Source: Octopus sinensis
Lineage: Eukaryota
Assembly (NCBI RefSeq): GCF_006345805.1
Contig: NW_021835297.1
Span: forward strand, 1 to 55,139
Reading direction: 5' to 3'
DNA: 55,139 nt
The notes under the pieces: model-generated
Databases searched by the model: none
What the model saw: the letters and a program-made list of their open reading frames with translations, nothing else
Told to the model about the DNA's origin: nothing
Shown here: piece by piece, positions 48,601 through 55,139 of the stretch
Layout: every line of letters begins with the position of its first letter
Position numbering within the stretch: position 1 is the stretch's first letter
Made by a program: the position numbers and the translations under genes

Positions 48601-49364
48601 TGTATATAAATTATATAATATTATATTAAGTAACCAAATGATTCATAGTATATGTAAATTAGTAAAATATAAAATATTCCGAAGGCATCGTCGAAAATGA
48701 TAATGCAAAGATCCAATGGGATTTTATGACTAAGTGCAACCATGAGGTAGGGAATAGGAAGCCAAACATAGTATTAATTGAGAAAGAATGCAAACGATGC
48801 TGGATCATAGATATATAAGCGTTGTGAAAGCATGTCTCGGGAAGAAAGTTACTCGGTCATTAAAACCGTTAAAAATGCTAAGACATATCTTATTTCACTT
48901 TGTCTTGGGGTCTTCTTAATTTAAGACGATGCGAGTCGTTGCACTGTTATGCAAGCACCTCTCGACTTACGTTTCCCCACACTCACTGCTGACAATATAA
49001 CGATGGTGGCTGCGTTCAAATTCCGCCGAGGTGTCGATAAACTAAGTACCAGTAGCGTACTGGGGTCGATCAAATCGACTGGCTCGCTTCCACAAAATTT
49101 CGGGCCTTGTGCTTAGAGTAGAAAAGAATATAGTGATGGTGGTATATTCTCTTGTCTAAGATTTAAAAACCCCCCGGATATTTGTGTTATTTTGATATCA
49201 TCATTGGAATCATTGGCGATAGCCTTGGACACAGAATTCATATACATACATGCAAGCATACATACATACATACATACATACATACATACATACATACATA
49301 CATACATACATACATGTATATGTGTGTATGTATATATATTCATACACACACACATATATGTGTG

Positions 49365-49397
<33 letters not shown>

Positions 49398-49679
49398 ATA
49401 CATATACATATAGTTAGACAGCCGTATATGTGAGTGTGCGCGCGCGTGCGCGTATCTGTAGAATTTCTGAAAACTAAATGTCGCTGAGATGTTTTTTGTC
49501 ATCCTAAGAATATACCAAGAAATACCTAAGATGGCAGAAGTGAATTTCTTCAACCACACAGAAACATTCTACCGTTTATCACACACACGCACACACACAC
49601 ATATGTATGTATCTATATACACATATATACATGCATATATATATATATATATATATACGTATCTATGTACAGTTTGAAG

Positions 49680-49900
49680 TCAACTACGGCCATTTATCAA
49701 ACTTGACTCTCAAATCTCAGGACGAGCCTGGCCCTTTGCAGCTCACGTGAGAACTAACAAGTTCGGTCGTTCACACTCTTGTGTGGTCCTTTTGCTGTGC
49801 CTGCCACAACGGCAGTAAGTCATAGCTCGCCATAGCTTACATTTATTCCTGACCGGAAGTTGACATTTTCGGACCGAAAGGTCGTCACGGACGCTTACTA
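49680..49900. promoter_or_regulatory. CpG-rich promoter-like island
   Basis: YY1-like CGGCCATTT 49687, E-box TCACGTGA 49743-49750, ETS CCGGAAGT 49853-49860, donor-like GTAAGT (+, 49815) and GTAAGC (-, about 49835-49840). Confidence 0.45.
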
Positions 49901-50212
49901 GCGCGACACAAAATAAAACATGTTATGGCCGTAATGTTGTTTGAGTAAACAACAATTATATTGAAGCATCTCCTTAGCCATTTAATGTATCAACTCAGAG
50001 GACAAATGCACCAACCCACCAGCCCACCAGCCCACCAGCCAACCAACAGGCTATATATTAAATAAATGTCTCTCTGTCTAACTTCCTTCGTCTGTTTGTC
50101 TATGACAAACACGCACACGTACGCATACTTTCACCCGTTCTGTCTCCCCTCACACTCACACACACATGTATAACATATATGTATACACATATATGTATAC
50201 ACAGATACCCCA

Positions 50213-50261
<49 letters not shown>

Positions 50262-50708
50262 AATGTAGGATAAAATTTTTTTCGAAAAAAATATTCTTTT
50301 CCCCAAAAAATTTTATCAATGGCCAGCATATCAAAAAATACCTTTAAAGGTTAAATCTATAAACAATTCATAATTAAGGGCAAACGAAAAAATTTCTAAT
50401 GCCAGATATGCCGAAAAATTGGACATATTGTCCATTAACCATATAATTTTTTCACAATATGCACGCTACTCGAAAAAAGGTCGACAGAAATTTCTAAAAC
50501 ATTCCATTATTACCATATCGGACCGATTTCAGGGTTAGCTTATAACAGCCCTCCCTTCGTCAGTGATACATGTGGCAAAAAGAAATGAATGAGATACTTA
50601 CTCATACCCATATATATATATATATATATATATGTATACATGAAATTATACCCGCGCACACATACCTACACACGTATATTTACACATGTATAGACAAATA
50701 CATATATT

Positions 50709-52101
50709 TTAGGGTTGTCAGATAATTCCACCCCCGCATGCGGCCCATTTATTTTAATCCTAATTTTTTTAATCACCAGTATTAACAAATCAGTCAATAA
50801 TATGTTCTTCCTCATTGTTCACGACTTGTTAATGTCTTGAAGATAGAAATCACCGAGTCTTTCTCGATGAATTCCTCCAATGAAAACTTCACTTTCGGGT
50901 CGTTGTTGCATGAAATAAAGTGCACACTACAAAAATTAAGACCCAGATAAGTAATAATCTGAAAGTTCTTCAATGGCAGTCTTGGACAAATTAGCGTCGT
51001 ATGAGCGAGCGTTGTCATGTTGAAAAAGCACTTTGTGTGGCCGGTCGGGTCGTTTCGGCTGGTCTACTCTGTTCTGATGAACGTAAATCTCTGCACTGAC
51101 TTTGGTGTTCTTTCAAAGCATTATTAGTGGATTAGCTCTTCTCAGGTACACCAACTGCAGGAGGTGCAATGGCCCAGTGGTTAGGGCAGCGGACTCGCGG
51201 TTTCGATTCCCAGACCGGGCGCTGTGCGTGTTTATTGAGCGAAAACACCTAAAGCTCCACGATGCTCCGGCAGGGGGTGGTGGAGACCCCTGTTTTACTC
51301 TTTCGCTACAACTTTCTCTCACTCTTTCTTCCTGTTTCTTGTCCCCGACTTCCTACGCAACCGCTGAGCCTGGATGCACATTCATCCATCCGTCGATGCT
51401 CTCGGTGTCGGGAGTTGACCTGCTTTCTCTTTTGCGGGTCTTACGAATAGAAAAGGACCACGTTTCGGACTTCTCCCACTCTGGGACGAAGACCGCTTCG
51501 CTCAACAAACAAACAAACAAACACCAAATGCAGATCGTTGTCTTGCGTGGTTGTGAGTCTGGCTTGACTTGCTCCAGCTGTCGCTTGAGCAAACTCGCAG
51601 TGGTAGATGTGTGCTGGATTTTGTCTCTTTTTTTCAGACCACGTTGTACTCATCCACCAAGATTTTGATCATTACCCGTTGAATGAAGTGAGGGATGACG
51701 GTATCATGAGAGAATCCCATCTGCTGGGCCAATTCGTAATGGATTGACTCGGATCCTTCTCGATGAACCCCTGCAATCGATCCCTGTTGAACTGAGCAGG
51801 TCAATCGGAACGTAGGGGTGACTATGGGGCCGAACATCCTCTCCTTGAAGCGTAAAAACAATTTCTGTTCAGTTCTTTTAGCAATAGTGCCTTCTCTATT
51901 TACAACATAAATATCTGGAGCAGTTTTTGGCAGCTTGAAGCAAAGAGAAGCAGGTGCAGGAAATGATTTGTTCAAATTTCAAAGACTATAAACACAAGTT
52001 CCAGAGCTACAAAACACCCATAAAACACTACGATAAAAATACTTTTCTTGTTAATTCAAATAACATTGGAAAGAAACGAAGGAGTTTATTTGACAACCCA
52101 A
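50709..52101 (-). mobile_element. Decayed mariner transposon with nested SINE
   Basis: Imperfect TIRs GGGTTGTCAGATAATTCC / GGGTTGTCAAATAAACTCC; transposase remnants EGTIAKRTEQKLFLRFKE, ELAQQMGFSHDTV, KPDSQPRKTTICIW, KRPDRPHKVLFQHDNARS, SDYYL, VVNNEEEHIID*. Confidence 0.92.
51161..51520 (+). mobile_element. SINE family C (tail 3, (AAAC)n end) with 13-bp TSD
   Basis: ACACCAACTGCAG 51148-51160 and ACACCAAATGCAG 51521-51533. Confidence 0.93.
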
Positions 52102-52139
52102 TACATACATACATACATACATACATACATGCATACATG

Positions 52140-52305
52140 CAGGAGTGGCTGTGTGGTAAGTAGCTTGCTAACCAACCACATGGTTCTGGGTTCAATCCCA
52201 CTGCGTGGTATCTTGGGCAAGTGTCTTCTGCTATAGCCCGGGCCGACCAATGCTTTGTGAGTGGATTTGGTAGACGGAAACTGAAAGAAGCCTGTCGTAT
52301 ATATG

Positions 52306-52338
<33 letters not shown>

Positions 52339-52558
52339 TTGTGTGTCTGTGTTTGTCCCCCTAGCATTGCTTGACAACCGATGCTGGTGTGTGTTTACGT
52401 CCCCGTCACTTAGCGGTTCGGCAAAAGAGACCGATAGAATAAGTACTGGGCTTACAAAGAATAAGTCCCGGGGTCGATTTGCTCGACTAAAGGCGGTGCT
52501 CCAGCATGGCCGCAGTCAAATGACTGAAACAAGTAAAAGAGTAAAAGAGAGTAAAGAG
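52140..52558 (+). mobile_element. SINE family A, near full length, in (TACA)n
   Basis: Complete family A structure. Confidence 0.93.
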
Positions 52559-52620
52559 AGAGATACATACATACATACATACTAACCATTATGCTAGCTC
52601 AACGCCTTATTATTATTACT

Positions 52621-53054
52621 GAGTGAGAGAGAAGTGCATGCCATCAAAGTGACACTGGGGTAAAATATATGAAGCCTAATGTACCTGTCATGACTACCCG
52701 TCTGATGAGGGTACACCAGGCACATGCATCACAACCATATGTGCGCGACATGATGATTTCATATCAAGATTAACGATGCGTGACCTTCCAGGTGCAGTCC
52801 AGTAAGAATTTTCTTCAGGTCAAGTAGCCAATCCCGTTCAAAAGGTCCCTGAATAAGGGTTGTTTAAGGATAATGAATGAAACATCCATGTTTCCAGAGG
52901 TGAAGTACTTTAATCCCTGAAGAATTCCTCTCAACACATGGCTATAATGCACCCCCAATACTTCTGCTCGTGATCAGAGATGCACATATCGTCATCCACT
53001 AAGGGACAGTTCAAATGGTAAAGGTCAAACAACTGACAAGTAAATCTGTGGTAT
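52621..53054 (-). mobile_element. Family D repeat, truncated
   Basis: TTA run at left end; homology to the other D copies. Confidence 0.85.
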
Positions 53055-53124
53055 TTGTATATATCTCCAAACCTTCTAATATATATGTATATATATATAT
53101 GTAGTATGTATGTATGTATGTATA

Positions 53125-53163
<39 letters not shown>

Positions 53164-53209
53164 TATATATTATATATATATATATATAGAATATATATAT
53201 ATATATATA

Positions 53210-53467
53210 TTGTTAATTTCGGAATGGTCATATTGCCAGTTTAGCCAATAAAAACACACGCACTATATATTTGGTGTTATTTTGCTTCAGTGATATCTAT
53301 TTTTTTACATTAATCTTAATCTTATTTCGGCCAAAGTTCTTTCGTCACACTCTGTGACCGCATCAGTGGTCCTTGTTTTCTTCTCACTTACTTGTGTCTC
53401 TCCTTACTAACCGTCAGCCATTTTGTATTGGCTAACTGGCAATATGACCATTCCGAATATATAACAA
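53210..53467. mobile_element. TIR-bounded element containing a hammerhead-like motif, in (TA)n
   Basis: About 40-bp inverted ends 53210-53250 / 53426-53467 (TTCGGAATGGTCATATTGCCAGTT(T)AGCCAATA); motif at 53329-53372 (-). Confidence 0.8.
53329..53372 (-). ncRNA. Variant hammerhead-like motif
   Basis: ggacca-CTGATG-CG-GTCACA(GAG)TGTGAC-GAA-AGAACT-T-tggcc; perfect 6-bp stem II, A9 replaced. Confidence 0.55.
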
Positions 53468-53564
53468 ATCTGTTTCAAACACACGACTTCACATAAAAAA
53501 TCTTGCACAAACAAATATATTTATAATATATAATATATATATTATATATATATATATAGTATAA

Positions 53565-53745
53565 AGGGAAGGTTTACGAAAAGAAACAAAAGACCGAAGG
53601 CAGGTGGCGTACAAAACAACAAATGTATTAGGATGGCGCTAGGAATAGAAATAAAACAAGTCTTTTACGTTTCCGTTTTGCCTACGCTCTTCCAACAGAA
53701 GATACAACAGAAAAGAAACAGGAGAGTAAAAAAAATGTATTGTAG
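53565..53745 (-). mobile_element. Family H1 element, decayed
   Basis: Minus strand CTGTTGGAAGAGCGTAGGC..GGAAACGTAAAAGAC; homologous to 5320-5520. Confidence 0.65.
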
Positions 53746-55003
53746 GCGCTAATAGAAATCAATCATCGAGCGTTCCGACTTAGAAAAGAACAGTAGGTCA
53801 GGACGCGAGAGAAGAGAGGGACAGTAGGGGAGATAACAGCTATATAATATATATGCACACACACACACACACCACACACACCAGTCTTTTTTTTCGGTTT
53901 CTGTCTATCAGATCTACTCATAAGGTTTGGCCAGCCTGAGGCTGTAGTAGAGGCCACTTGCGCATGGTGCCGTGCAGTGGGACCGAACCCATGTGGTTAG
54001 GAAGCAAACTTACCAGACAGCTATGCCTGCTTCAGATATGTGTGCGTGAATGTGTGTATGTGTGTGTGTCTATGTGTGCGTGTGTGTATGTATGTGTGTG
54101 TGTGTGTCTATGTGTGTGTGCGTATGTGTATGTGTGTATGGTGTGTGTATGTGTGTCTATGTATGTGTGTGTGTTTATGTGTGTATGTGTCTATGTCTGT
54201 GTGTGTATGTGTATGCCTATATCTGTGTGTGTGTGTCTATGTATGTATGTCTATGTGTGTGTGCCTACACATGTAAGGCGGTGGGGGTGTGGTGATAAAA
54301 AAAAACTGCAAGAAACGCAGCCATTGAAAGAATGAGAATGAAGAGCGAACATACTTGACCCCTAGTGACAGTACCAATGGATGAGAACGAATAAACGTCC
54401 CCTGACATGACTACACACGTAGACAATTTTTTTTGGTGTGTGGAGGTCACGACTAGATTTATATTTGAGTAGAACCATTAGTTTTTTCTTCCTTGTTTTA
54501 ATTGCTTTGTCTCACTTAATCTAATATACACTCTTTTATCTCTAACCGCACCTCCTTCCCACGCTCGCTCCCTCGACTGCCATTCCCGTCACTTGCCCGT
54601 TAATCGCTCTCTGGAGAACCATCGTTCTTCTCTCTCAGTCCAACATATTTTGTCCTGAATATATTTCACTTGGGTTAATTCTCGAAATTTTCAAACGATT
54701 TACTCAACCCTACCCACTTCATATCCAAACGGGCATGCGGGGGTTAAGGGGTGATTTTGCAAAATTTGGAAAACGAGATGTGTTGGTGTTTCACCCTTCC
54801 TCCTTCCTGTGTCTCTCCTGTATCTGGTTGTCACTACTGAGAACTCATTAAGACCCTCTCTTCCCCAACACCTCTTCCACGGTCTTTGCTCAATCTTTCA
54901 CCATCCTTTAATGTCTACCACTGTTGCACATGGTCAACATCATTTGTCCGTTAATCTTTCTCTTCCTATAATTTATCCGTTAACTACAACCAGAAATGTC
55001 TTC

Positions 55004-55004
<1 letters not shown>

Positions 55005-55088
<84 letters not shown>

Positions 55089-55090
55089 GT
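55005..55090. repeat. (TATC)n microsatellite
   Basis: Direct reading. Confidence 0.95.
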
Positions 55091-55139
55091 CGATCTGTTT
55101 GTCTATCCGTTCATCATCTCTCACTTGCCTTCTCTATTT

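Noticed and set aside
49771-49833. MASYDLL start resembling eIF3e (MAEYDLT)
   Set aside because: Similarity ends after six residues; stop at codon 21
51455-51490. Minus-strand GTCC-GAAACGT in SINE C tail 3 as a hammerhead
   Set aside because: No CTGANGA core upstream
54340-54410. GDVYSF kinase-subdomain-IX-like peptide with a CAA|GTATGT donor (-)
   Set aside because: Following residues do not fit, the acceptor is weak, and no other kinase exons were found

Overview
Repeat-dense eukaryotic intronic or intergenic DNA, most consistent with an octopus (coleoid cephalopod) genome. This is inferred from several tRNA-derived SINE families and very abundant TA/CA/TACA/GATA/TAA microsatellites. No host protein-coding exon could be supported: the listed ORFs are low-complexity, SINE-derived, or decayed transposon pieces. 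Recognisable content: (1) at least four tRNA-headed SINE families (my labels A, B, C, G), several with exact target-site duplications; (2) three R4/Dong-type restriction-like-endonuclease LINE remnants and a four-copy non-coding family (D), mostly abutting (TAA)n tracts; (3) a decayed mariner with a nested SINE, a Penelope-like fragment, CR1-like and RTE-like fragments, Helitron, hAT and piggyBac-type non-autonomous elements; (4) local duplications, including a perfect 77-bp inverted templated insertion; (5) two promoter/insulator-like CpG-rich islands. The most interesting signal is a set of about ten minimal type-I hammerhead-ribozyme-like motifs in several unrelated short elements. These include a head-to-head foldback element combining a Pol III tRNA-type promoter with a hammerhead 3' end (17950-18608) and a TIR-bounded hammerhead element (53210-53467). 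All individual copies are mutated, so activity is a hypothesis. Coordinates of degenerate repeats are approximate.
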